DNA from: an uncultured Gemmatimonadales bacterium | GTDB lineage: Bacteria; Gemmatimonadota; Gemmatimonadetes; Gemmatimonadales; GWC2-71-9 | Length of the DNA stretch: 64,000 nucleotides | Assembly: GCA_947259405.1 (NCBI GenBank) | Contig: CAMYLY010000013.1 | Location: forward strand, 33,382-97,381 | Direction of reading: 5' to 3' | Shown here: positions 10,041 through 19,174 of the stretch, piece by piece | Layout: each line of letters starts with the position of its first letter | How positions within the stretch are numbered: the first letter of the stretch is position 1 | Notes under the pieces: model-generated | Seen by the model: the letters and a program-made list of their open reading frames with translations, nothing else | Database searches by the model: none | Told to the model about the DNA's origin: nothing | Program-made: the position numbers and the translations under genes

Positions 10041-10117
10041 TTGACCGAAATGAACCCACCATCTACAGTGGTGTGGCGCACAACGCTGCACCGCTGGCGG
10101 GCAACAGGTTGGATCGG

Positions 10118-11620
10118 TCAGCTCGACTCGGTGGATCTCGGTACCGCCTCCATCAGGGCCTCGAAGAGTTGATTCAAGGACCGGCCGCCAGCGCGACTCC
10201 CGGTGTACTTGCCGAGCCGAACCACCACAAGATCGTGTGACGGAATGATCGTCGCACTCTGGCCACCGGCCCCGCGCATCCCAATCGCCGTGGTCGGCAG
10301 CGGCCAACCGCCATTCCCATTCACCCAGAAGAAGCCCCCTCCGTAGATCAGTCGACCGTCGGCCTCCCAGGCTGGGGCGATCGTACTGACGTACGTGACG
10401 TAGCCTTCCGGTAGAATCCGTTCGCCGCCCCACACCCCGTCCTGCAGATACAGATTGCCGAGCCGCGCCCAGTCACGCGCCGAGAGATACTCGTATCCCT
10501 GCGTGAGGAAATTGCCGTGGACGTCCGTCTCCATGAAGGCGTTTCGGATGCCGATTTTGTCGAACAGATTGCGCTGGGGGAACGCATGGTAGTCCTCTCC
10601 CCTGCTCTCGACGGCCAATCGGATCAGGTAGTTGGTCAGGACCGGATCCGAATTGCGGTAGCGGCCCACGGTGCCAGGTGCCCATTCTTGCGGGCGGGTC
10701 GCCGCCCACTCGAAGGAGTTCGCGGTCGCCGTGTAGAAATAGACGTGGTCGGGATACCCGAGCGCGGGATCGAAGTCGGGATCCTGTGGCGCACGAATCC
10801 GAATACCACTGGACATCCGCATGATGTCACCAATGCGAATCGTCTGACGCGGGTCGCCTGCGGTTTGCCATTCCGGAATGGGCGCGGGTTGCCAAAGTTC
10901 GTACGCACCTTGCTGGATGAGTACCCCCATCAACGTTCCGGTGAGGCTCTTGCCCATGGACCAGCTCTCGAGTGGCGTGTGCATGTCGATACCGTCGGCG
11001 TACCGCTCACCGATGATGCGGCCTTGGTACGTGACCACCAACCCGAGCGTCATCGCTTCGAGCGGCCCGAACCCGACGTCGATGGCCGCTTCGATCACTG
11101 CGCGGTCGAGTTGCTCTGGCCAGGGCGAGTCGATCAGGTCACCCATCGGCCACGGCGTCGTCGCCGGATCGGGTAGACGCGGTTCCACCACCGATGGGGT
11201 GAAGTAGACCGAGTCTTCCCCGATCGCATGGGCGACGCATCCCTGAGTACCATACCGTTTGGCCGTCCGCGTCACGCCAGTGGGGAGCGTCAGCGCGATC
11301 GATTGGTCGTCAAAGTCAACCATGGTATCGGTCACGTGAATGCGTTGGTCGAATGGACTCGTGAACCCGCCCACGTTCGCCGCTGCGTCCGCCGGATCGA
11401 GACCCGTGATGAACACCGCCGAACACAGAATCTTCGCGAATCCCGCGGTGTGGTGATCCAACGCGTCGCCCGGGGGCGGGACGTACTCCGTGTCGAGTTC
11501 CAGTGAATCGCCTCGCGCGATCAATGCCGCCCGTGGGTCATCGCCGGATTCACCATCGGTTCGGCAACCGCTCGCGAGCCCGACGAGGACGAGTGAAAGG
11601 CCAATCAACGGGATGCGCAT
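10118..11620 (-). CDS. beta-lactamase-fold serine hydrolase lipoprotein
   Basis: S-x-x-K motif SMGKSLTG. Start at 11620 (MRIPLIGLSLVLVGLASGC lipobox) is preceded by GGAGG at 11626-11630 on the minus strand. The track ORF extends to 11650. Confidence 0.85.
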   Translation of the reverse strand: MRIPLIGLSLVLVGLASGCRTDGESGDDPRAALIARGDSLELDTEYVPPPGDALDHHTAGFAKILCSAVFITGLDPADAAANVGGFTSPFDQRIHVTDTMVDFDDQSIALTLPTGVTRTAKRYGTQGCVAHAIGEDSVYFTPSVVEPRLPDPATTPWPMGDLIDSPWPEQLDRAVIEAAIDVGFGPLEAMTLGLVVTYQGRIIGERYADGIDMHTPLESWSMGKSLTGTLMGVLIQQGAYELWQPAPIPEWQTAGDPRQTIRIGDIMRMSSGIRIRAPQDPDFDPALGYPDHVYFYTATANSFEWAATRPQEWAPGTVGRYRNSDPVLTNYLIRLAVESRGEDYHAFPQRNLFDKIGIRNAFMETDVHGNFLTQGYEYLSARDWARLGNLYLQDGVWGGERILPEGYVTYVSTIAPAWEADGRLIYGGGFFWVNGNGGWPLPTTAIGMRGAGGQSATIIPSHDLVVVRLGKYTGSRAGGRSLNQLFEALMEAVPRSTESS

Positions 11621-11717
11621 TCCTACCTCCGGTGCCGGATTCGAGAACATCCATATAAGATGGGACCGGCGGGACCGATGGGACAGATAGAAGCGCGAAC
11701 GCCGTCGACCGGGAGCG

Positions 11718-12230
11718 CTAGCAGCCGTGCCTCATCACCAGCCCCGACATCAAGCTGTCGGCAAGCTCGAGGCGCCAACATACGGTGTCGGGTTTAGCAG
11801 ACAAACGTCGAAAGGCGAACGTATCGGACTCGGCGGAGAGCCGCAGGTTCATCACGCCCGCGACCCTTGCCGCGTCATAGTCCGCGCACGCGGTCGGCTC
11901 GCGGCCCCTCGTATAACAGAGGCGTCCTATCCGGTCAATGTCCCAGGTGCCTGTCTCGAAGTTCACCAGCGCGCGGGTTCTGTTAGCATCGATTGGCAGG
12001 CCGTTCGCGAACCGAATCTCACCCGAGGGAAACAGATACATCAGAGCGTAATCCTCGTCGAGCATGACCCACGTGCCGATCACGTTTGCACGTGTACGGT
12101 CGCCACATCCAGGTACAACCAGCAGCAACCCGAGCCACAATGCCAAGGATCGACTCCAACAATGGCCGGAACGCTCCAACGTCTTGCTCGAGCGCCAGTC
12201 TTCAGGGATCGTGTGAGACAACGGCTTCAT
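11718..12230 (-). CDS. hypothetical lipoprotein
   Basis: 170-aa ORF with lipobox LLLVVPGCG. No recognisable family motif. Confidence 0.5.
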   Translation of the reverse strand: MKPLSHTIPEDWRSSKTLERSGHCWSRSLALWLGLLLVVPGCGDRTRANVIGTWVMLDEDYALMYLFPSGEIRFANGLPIDANRTRALVNFETGTWDIDRIGRLCYTRGREPTACADYDAARVAGVMNLRLSAESDTFAFRRLSAKPDTVCWRLELADSLMSGLVMRHGC

Positions 12231-12270
12231 TCTCGCCTTCTATCTTGCTGTCAGTTTTCAACCTCCGCTA

Positions 12271-12375
12271 GTCGGAACTTCCAGATTCGACGCGGCGGAA
12301 TTCCGGCGCTACGGCGTGGACCGTTGTGAGGCTCGCAATACGCACGCCCCCTTTGACACCGCGAGACCCCTCCGA
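12271..12375 (+). repeat. degenerate copy of the intergenic GGGACGGCGGGATTTGACGCGG repeat family
   Basis: GTCGGAACTTCCAGATTCGACGCGGCGG..CGCACGCCCCCTTTGACACCGCGAGACCCC aligns loosely with the 5' and 3' modules of the better copies. It is intergenic, between two minus-strand ORFs. Confidence 0.35.
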
Positions 12376-12381
12376 GAATGC

Positions 12382-13638
12382 TTACGGAAGTAGGCTCAGC
12401 GCCTCCTCCAATCCTCCCAAACCTGCAGCTTCCTCGGCAATGCCTCGTTGGAGAAGCGGTGCGATGACCCCGATCCGCGCGGGAGTGCGGGCTCGTTCGT
12501 GGAGGGTGCGGTCGGGCGGGCGACATCCCTGGGTCTCCCCCAGGTACCGGTCATAGCAGCGAAAGGCCGCTCCGTAGCGGTCCGCCGCAGCGGCGATGAG
12601 GCGCTCGGCATCACCGGTTAGTGTGCTGGCCACCGACCTCAGCCAGACTTCCGAGCAGCGCCTGGCCATGAGCCGCTCGAAGGCGGCCCAGCAGAACCAC
12701 TCCGGACATTCGGAGAAGTCCTTGGCCGGGTCCGAGACATCGGAGTGGTACTGTCGCAGAGCAGCCAGCCCTTGAGGAACACCCTCCCATTCGTGTTCCC
12801 TCCCCTTTGCCACGGCCCGCTTGAGTGCGGCACAGGTGATTTCCTGCCGGGGCCGGCTGTCTCCAGCTTTGACGAAGGAGTAGACCGCGTACGGATTGAA
12901 CGCATCCACGTCGATCCAGCCGGGAGTCACGGTCCCGTCGAAGAAGAGTTGGCGGCGTCCATGCTTCGTCCGATAGGACGTGATCTGCCCGCCGTCCATG
13001 TGTTCACTCATGATCGGCGTGCCAGATTCGACGTGCCGCTTCGCGAAGCTCCAGAGCTGGATCGGGTCAGCCGTGAGGGCCATGTCATACGCCATCCCAT
13101 ACTGATGCGGGAGGAAGGCGAACATCTCGAGCGGGCCGTCACGTTCGGGATTGCCCCGAACGGCCATGTAGGCGGCACGTGCATCGTGGTAGGAGTAGCC
13201 GAAGCTGAACCCCCACCCGCTGGCCGCTGCGAACTCCATGAACCGGATCGGGACACCGGCATGGTTCAGGGCGGCGACCACGGCCAACGGCACGCCGGCT
13301 CCCGCGTAGTCCGGGATGGGTTCCTCCGAGCGATCTTGGACCGCCTTCAGGGAGAATACCGTGCTGGGAGGAAACGACAGGGCCTCGTCGGTCATCTCCT
13401 TCCAGCTGGAAAATCCGTAGTGCATCGCCAACGCGAGTTGCGCATCGGCCAGTGAGACCGTGGCTTCAAGGATCTCCTCATCGGTACGGGCGGCGAACCG
13501 CCGAATCCGCCGGAACACGGCGCAGGACGCGGGGACTCCGCGGCGCTGAGCCGCAAGCAACATCTTCGCTTGCTTCTTGAGGTGGTCGAGACTTGGATAC
13601 CGGGGAAGTGACGAGGGCATGGCGTGCCTTCCTTTCAC
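12382..13638 (-). CDS. hypothetical protein (N-terminal helical module + ~330-aa domain of unknown function)
   Basis: 418-aa ORF with coding-like composition. N-terminus reads SLDHLKKQAKMLLAAQRRG...ADAQLALAMHYGFSSWKEM. No catalytic motif recognised. Confidence 0.65.
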   Translation of the reverse strand: MKGRHAMPSSLPRYPSLDHLKKQAKMLLAAQRRGVPASCAVFRRIRRFAARTDEEILEATVSLADAQLALAMHYGFSSWKEMTDEALSFPPSTVFSLKAVQDRSEEPIPDYAGAGVPLAVVAALNHAGVPIRFMEFAAASGWGFSFGYSYHDARAAYMAVRGNPERDGPLEMFAFLPHQYGMAYDMALTADPIQLWSFAKRHVESGTPIMSEHMDGGQITSYRTKHGRRQLFFDGTVTPGWIDVDAFNPYAVYSFVKAGDSRPRQEITCAALKRAVAKGREHEWEGVPQGLAALRQYHSDVSDPAKDFSECPEWFCWAAFERLMARRCSEVWLRSVASTLTGDAERLIAAAADRYGAAFRCYDRYLGETQGCRPPDRTLHERARTPARIGVIAPLLQRGIAEEAAGLGGLEEALSLLP

Positions 13639-13965
13639 AGACGCCCGTGGCCTGCTCGGTCGGGCTGAAAAGAAGGTCGTGCCTGCTACATCACCGGAGG
13701 TGGGTTTGACCCTTTCCGCAGGCCGAGGGGCGGCCTCCGATCGCCAAGTGCATAATCCGAAACTGCCCTTCTCCTGTCAACCGGTGCCACCGAAGTGAGG
13801 GAATCAGGAGCGACTCGAGGCGTGACGGGGCTGACACTGGGCGGAGGACTTCCCCTCAGCCACCTGCGGTCCTAACATGCTGGCAGGCTTAGATCCACCA
13901 GGTCGGGCAGGTCCAGGTCCACTACCTATCTGCCCCGCTCAACTCTCCCGCTGCGGAGGCGGATC

Positions 13966-14229
13966 ATGTCAGAGCGACTGATCGGTACGGTCACGCACTA
14001 TTTCAAGGGGCCGGGCGTCGCCGTCGTGCGCGTGACGGAAGGCGAACTGCACCAGGGCGATAGGATCCACATCGTCGGCCATACCAGTGATTTCGTGGAG
14101 GAAGTCACGTCGATGGAGGTAGAACATCAAAAGGTGCAGACGGCGGGTGTGGGCGACGAGGTGGCGGTCCGAGTCGTGGAGCGCGCCCGCGAGCACGACC
14201 AGGTGTTCAAGATCGATCCCTCCACCTGA
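13966..14229 (+). CDS. translation elongation factor-like small protein (EF-Tu domain 2-like beta-barrel)
   Basis: 87-aa ORF: GTVTHYFKGPGVAVVRVTEGELHQGDRIHIVG...VGDEVAVRV, typical of stand-alone EF-Tu domain II-like proteins. Confidence 0.65.
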   Translation: MSERLIGTVTHYFKGPGVAVVRVTEGELHQGDRIHIVGHTSDFVEEVTSMEVEHQKVQTAGVGDEVAVRVVERAREHDQVFKIDPST

Positions 14230-14237
14230 AACCATCC

Positions 14238-16412
14238 TCATCTCCGTACCCGATCCGCCTCCGCTTCCGTCTCAAACACTCGGCCGGTCAACAGCTCCTC
14301 GACAATGCGATCAGCATCATAGGCGTGATCGAGTGCGGCCTGCACCGCACGGGCGTCCACCATAATGTTGCGCCCGCGTTCGGGGAGATAGATGTAATCC
14401 CGTGACAGTCCCTGGATGTTGCGGTCGAAGTTGAGACCGACCAACGCCAGCTCCTTGGTCACCGCCGGCGAGCCCGAGTTACCGCCGTACGTGTCTGCGG
14501 TGGAGACAAAGTTGAGCGGTGTGGAGAGGTCGAGGCCGGCGGGCGGCGTACGCCACCGTTCGGTGAGAGCCCAATCCACGTTGCCGGTGTGGCCGTAGTG
14601 TCGGTCGTAGATGCCGTAGAAGGTCGTGTACGGTGGCGCGAGCGTCCCGTTGTACTCGAATCCCATGACGACGCCATCGGTAATGCGCGGCGACGACGTC
14701 GCATCGGGCGCAACATCACGCCCGTACACCTCGAATTTCACGCGGCCCAGGCGACTCGCCAATTCCTGTTCGTCGGTTCGCAACTCGGCGAACGCCCGTT
14801 GAAACTCGCCATACGCTGGAGTCAACGCCGCCGTGAGCGGCAAGGCAGGATCGCTGGCCGCTGGCTCTCCGGTGGCAAGCGCCTCCTGCGTCTTCGCGGC
14901 GGTCGCGAGTGCGGAGTGGGCAAGCAACGCGGCTGCCGACGCTTCAGGCGTCCCGTCGACCAGTGCGGTGCGGGTGACTGCGTGATCCGACCCCAAGTAC
15001 CGTTCGAAATCAGCAAAGCGCGCCGCCAGCAGACGCCGCTCCAAATCCACCGGGTGATTGTCGATCGAGAGAATCGCGTCACGCAGTATCGCCAACGTAT
15101 CGGCGGGTGCCCCGCGCGCGCGCGCCTCGGCGAACGTCGCCGCGCTCACCATGCGCCGGAGCAAACGCGACCCGTAGGTCGACGAGGCCAGTTGGAAGAA
15201 CGCCGCGTAAGCGTCGCCCAACCCCGCTTTACGCTCTTGGACGTCGGCCATGCGATCGAATAGACCGCCGTACTCCGCCGTCAACTCCGCGCTCTCCGCG
15301 ATTGCCTGCCGCAGCATTCGCTCTCCGTCGAGCCGCTTGGCCATGACCTCTGTGGTGTGCAAGGCGTCCAATCGCCCGATGGCGGCCTTGAGGGAGTTGG
15401 ACAACGAGAACATGCGGTTCCGAATGTTCAGCTCCTCTGCCAGGTCGGGGTGGCGGGCACGAAACTCCCCTAGTGCTGCATGCCGACTGGCGAGCCAGGC
15501 CCGTTGCGCCGGCACTTGCACGTCACGCAAGAACTCGAGCTGCGCCATGGTGGTGAGGCGGGTCGTCGGCCCGGGATTGCCGATGACGAACACCACATCA
15601 CCGGCCTCGACGCCCTCCGAGCCCCATGCAAAATAGTGATCGGTCTCGTAGGGCTCGCCGTTGTCGTAGACACGAAGGAAGGCGAAGTCGAGGGCGTACC
15701 GTGGATACGTGAAATTGTCGGGGTCGCCCCCGAAGAAGCCCATCTCGAGCTCCACGGCCATGACGAGCCGGACGTCCGTGAACCGGCGAAACACGTACGC
15801 CGAGTACCGTCCCCCATTGTAGAGGGCAATCATCTGGACCCAAATGTTGTCGGCGTCGGAGGCATGTCGCTCGCCCAGTCGGGCTCGGATCTGCCCGAAT
15901 ACTTCCTCCCGCGCTCGCTCTCGATCCGCTGCCGCGTCCACCCCTTCCAAGGCGGCGTACACTTCGTCGGTCACGTCTTCAATCGCGATGAGTTGATCGA
16001 CGTAGTAGCCGGGGATGGGTCGCTCCTCATCGAGCGACGTTGCATAGAACCCATTGTCGAGCAATCCCTCTCCCGGACGGCTGACCGCGGAGACGCGGCT
16101 GCGCACGCAGTGATGATTGGTGACCAGCAGTCCGTTGGGCGACACGAACGACGCGGAGCAGCCTGGGATACGGACGGCCGCCATGCGGGCTCGTTCGAAC
16201 CACGCGTTGTCGGCGTTGAAATCGTAGGTTTCGCTGAAATACGCCGCCGGTGCGTATTCGAACGTCCACATCTTGCCGCCGTCGAAGCGGCCGGCGCGGA
16301 CCGTGTCGGCGGCCGCCCCCACTTGGGCGGAGGCGGGAGCGGCCGTGACGGCAAGCAAGCCAACGAGGACCGTGGCGAAATACTTACCGCGTTGCCAATG
16401 GAAGCGGGTCAT
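14238..16412 (-). CDS. S46 family dipeptidyl-peptidase (DPP7/DPP11-like), secreted
   Basis: Motifs VSPNGLLVTNHHC (catalytic His region) and YGGNSGSPAV (catalytic Ser). Start placed at MTRFHWQRGKYFATVLVGLLAV... The track ORF extends to 16472. Confidence 0.9.
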   Translation of the reverse strand: MTRFHWQRGKYFATVLVGLLAVTAAPASAQVGAAADTVRAGRFDGGKMWTFEYAPAAYFSETYDFNADNAWFERARMAAVRIPGCSASFVSPNGLLVTNHHCVRSRVSAVSRPGEGLLDNGFYATSLDEERPIPGYYVDQLIAIEDVTDEVYAALEGVDAAADRERAREEVFGQIRARLGERHASDADNIWVQMIALYNGGRYSAYVFRRFTDVRLVMAVELEMGFFGGDPDNFTYPRYALDFAFLRVYDNGEPYETDHYFAWGSEGVEAGDVVFVIGNPGPTTRLTTMAQLEFLRDVQVPAQRAWLASRHAALGEFRARHPDLAEELNIRNRMFSLSNSLKAAIGRLDALHTTEVMAKRLDGERMLRQAIAESAELTAEYGGLFDRMADVQERKAGLGDAYAAFFQLASSTYGSRLLRRMVSAATFAEARARGAPADTLAILRDAILSIDNHPVDLERRLLAARFADFERYLGSDHAVTRTALVDGTPEASAAALLAHSALATAAKTQEALATGEPAASDPALPLTAALTPAYGEFQRAFAELRTDEQELASRLGRVKFEVYGRDVAPDATSSPRITDGVVMGFEYNGTLAPPYTTFYGIYDRHYGHTGNVDWALTERWRTPPAGLDLSTPLNFVSTADTYGGNSGSPAVTKELALVGLNFDRNIQGLSRDYIYLPERGRNIMVDARAVQAALDHAYDADRIVEELLTGRVFETEAEADRVRR

Positions 16413-17064
16413 GGGATACGTCCGTCTGGTGTAGAACGAGGTCAACGTCTGACGATGTGAGAAAGATACCACGCATGGGCCGACCTCATGGCAGAAGGCT
16501 TCGAACGCGCACGTTTGACCTTACGCCGGCGTTGCGGCGGGCGAAGCTGGATGTGGTGGGGAAGTTTCACCCCGTCTCAGAAGACAGCCAGTGGTGGGCA
16601 TCGCAATCGGCATCCGATATTTTGCCGCACACAAGCTCGCACTGCGCCTGGAACCGATGTTCGACTACGCGTTCGACGACGGCGGGTGTCGCGGAGACCG
16701 CCGGACCTTCGGTGCGTGGCTTGGCTTCTCGTATTTCACGAGATGGCGGGGGAAACCGTTGTAACCTCATGCGAAGCACGTCCGGCTGGCCGCACATCTC
16801 TCTCAGCGCGGAGTGTCGCTGGCTCGCACGCTTCGGAGATCGCAGAGCCGTCGCCAATGACGTGGCACTCATTACGAGCCGGACCGGAAACAGCAACGTG
16901 ATCCCGATGGTCGCGAGACCGAGGAGTCCGAGCACGCCGCCGAACGTGTCCGCGAGCACGAGCGCCGGACCCAGCGTCAACAACTGGAGCGGTTCGGCGC
17001 TTCCCTAGCCGGTCGCGAGCCCAAGGCCTAACATTGGGAAATCTCACCTGATCGGGAGTGAACC

Positions 17065-18390
17065 ATGCCGTCACGACGCCGCTTCGTGCGTGACTCCAGC
17101 CTCGCCTTTGGAGCAGTGATGGTGCCCTCGGCCCTACGTGCCGGGACCAAAGCCGTCGCGCCGAGCGATCAGGTCCGCGTCGGTGTGATCGGCTGCAACG
17201 GAATGGGGTTCGCGAACCTGCGTGCCATCCTCAAGATCCCCGAACTCACGTGCGGCGCCCTGTGCGACGTCGATGCCTCGGTGCTCGACCGACGCGCCGG
17301 TGAGGTCGAGCAGCGTACCGGAACCCGACCCAAGGGCTACGCCGACTTCCGTCACCTGCTCGAGGATCCCGACATCGACGCCGTCATCATTGGAACGCCG
17401 GACCACTGGCACTGCCTCATGATGGTGATGGCGTGCGAGGCGGGGAAAGACGTCTACGTCGAGAAGCCGCTCGCCAACTCGATCGGTGAGACGCGGCTGA
17501 TGGTCGTGGCGGCGGAGCGGTACGGCAGGGTCGTGCAGGCCGGGCAATGGCAGCGGAGCGGCGCGCACTGGAGCGACGCGGCCACGTACGTGCAGTCCGG
17601 TGCCATCGGCCGCATTCGGCTCGTCAAGGCGTGGGCGTACCAAGGCTGGATGAAGGCGATTCCGGTCAAACCTGACGAGCCGGTGCCGGAAGGGATCGAC
17701 TACGACATGTGGCTCGGCCCCGCGCCCGCTCGCCCGTTCAACCCGAATCGCTTCCACTTCAACTTCCGTTGGTTCTGGGACTACGCCGGTGGACTCATGA
17801 CGGATTGGGGCGTGCACATGATCGACATGGTGCACTACGCGATGGGCGACGCGGGTCCGAAAGGAGTCGCGGCAAACGGTGGCAAGTTCGCCTATCCCAA
17901 CGATGCGTCCGAGACGCCCGACACCTTGCAGGCCGTGTTCGAGTTCCCCGACTATACGATGCTGTGGGAGCACGCGACCGGGATCGACCTCGGGCCGTAC
18001 CAACGCGACCACGGCGTGGCGTTCATTGGGAACCTAGGCACGGTGATCGTGGACCGGGGGAGATGGGAAGTGCTGCCGGAGAGCGAGGACGTGGACGGCC
18101 GGATCTCCTACCTGACCACCCCAATGCCGGTCCAACGGCGGCGCGACGACGGCGGACTCGACGCGCACATGGTGAACTTTGTCGAGTGCATCAAGAGCCG
18201 TGAGCAACCCAAGTGCAACGCCGCCGTCGCAGCCCGCGCGGCCGTGACGGCACACCTGGGCAACATCGCCTTCAAAACAGGACGCCGGCTGACGTGGGAC
18301 GACGCGATGGGGTCGTTCCCCGGCGACGCCGAAGCGAACGCGCACCTGCTGCCCGCGTACCGTGTGCCGTGGCAGCCCCCCTCCCCATGA
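17065..18390 (+). CDS. Gfo/Idh/MocA family oxidoreductase with TAT signal
   Basis: 441-aa ORF. TAT motif SRRRFVRDSSLAFGA. Motifs VGVIGCNGMG, TPDHWH and EKP. Confidence 0.88.
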   Translation: MPSRRRFVRDSSLAFGAVMVPSALRAGTKAVAPSDQVRVGVIGCNGMGFANLRAILKIPELTCGALCDVDASVLDRRAGEVEQRTGTRPKGYADFRHLLEDPDIDAVIIGTPDHWHCLMMVMACEAGKDVYVEKPLANSIGETRLMVVAAERYGRVVQAGQWQRSGAHWSDAATYVQSGAIGRIRLVKAWAYQGWMKAIPVKPDEPVPEGIDYDMWLGPAPARPFNPNRFHFNFRWFWDYAGGLMTDWGVHMIDMVHYAMGDAGPKGVAANGGKFAYPNDASETPDTLQAVFEFPDYTMLWEHATGIDLGPYQRDHGVAFIGNLGTVIVDRGRWEVLPESEDVDGRISYLTTPMPVQRRRDDGGLDAHMVNFVECIKSREQPKCNAAVAARAAVTAHLGNIAFKTGRRLTWDDAMGSFPGDAEANAHLLPAYRVPWQPPSP

Positions 18391-19145
18391 CGACGATGCC
18401 GTCGCGGCAACTCGTTCTCCTCGTCGCGTGCGGGCTGTGCCTCGCCCGCTCCGCCGCGGAAGCGCAGCGTCCGGCGGACACCGAAGTGTGGGAACCGGTG
18501 CCGCCAGTGGTCACCGCCGGCCGTGACGGCGCCCCGCCGTCGGACGCTATCGTGCTCTTCGATGGCAGTGACCTGTCTCACTGGAGAGCGGCGGACGGCG
18601 GCGAAGCCGGCTGGCGCGTCGAGGACGGGGCGATGACCGTCGTGGGGGGCACCGGTGACATCAGCACGCGTCAAGGGTTCGGCGACGTGCAGCTCCACAT
18701 CGAGTGGCAGACACCAGCGGAGATCGAGAGCGAAGACCAGGGCCGCGGCAACAGCGGCGTCTACTTCATGGAGCGATACGAGCTCCAGGTGCTCGATTCC
18801 TACGAGAACCGCACCTATTCCAATGGCCAGGCGGGTGCGATCTACAAGCAGCACATCCCGCTCGTCAATGCCTCGCGAGCCCCGGGCGAATGGCAATCGT
18901 ACGACGTGGTTTTCATGGCCCCGCGGTTCGCAGCGGACGGAACGGTCCTACGCCCCGCATACATGACTGTGTTCCACAACGGTGTGCTGATCCAGAACCA
19001 CGTGGAGCTGCGGGGCCCGACGCTGTACATCGGCGAGCCGGCGTACGAGTCGCACGCCGACCGGGTTCCCTTGCTGCTACAGGATCACGGCAACCCGGTC
19101 AGCTATCGTAACATCTGGGTGCGGGAGATCTCCGGGTCTCCCTGA
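18387..19145 (+). CDS. DUF1080 domain protein (3-keto-disaccharide hydrolase family), secreted
   Basis: Start at the ATG overlapping the upstream stop (ATGA at 18387-18390). Signal peptide MTTMPSRQLVLLVACGL. Motifs WRVEDGAMTV, GNSGVYFMERYELQVLDS and YRNIWVREI. Confidence 0.85.
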   Translation: MTTMPSRQLVLLVACGLCLARSAAEAQRPADTEVWEPVPPVVTAGRDGAPPSDAIVLFDGSDLSHWRAADGGEAGWRVEDGAMTVVGGTGDISTRQGFGDVQLHIEWQTPAEIESEDQGRGNSGVYFMERYELQVLDSYENRTYSNGQAGAIYKQHIPLVNASRAPGEWQSYDVVFMAPRFAADGTVLRPAYMTVFHNGVLIQNHVELRGPTLYIGEPAYESHADRVPLLLQDHGNPVSYRNIWVREISGSP

Positions 19146-19174
19146 CCCACGGGCCCTCGCTTCCCAAGGTCGAC

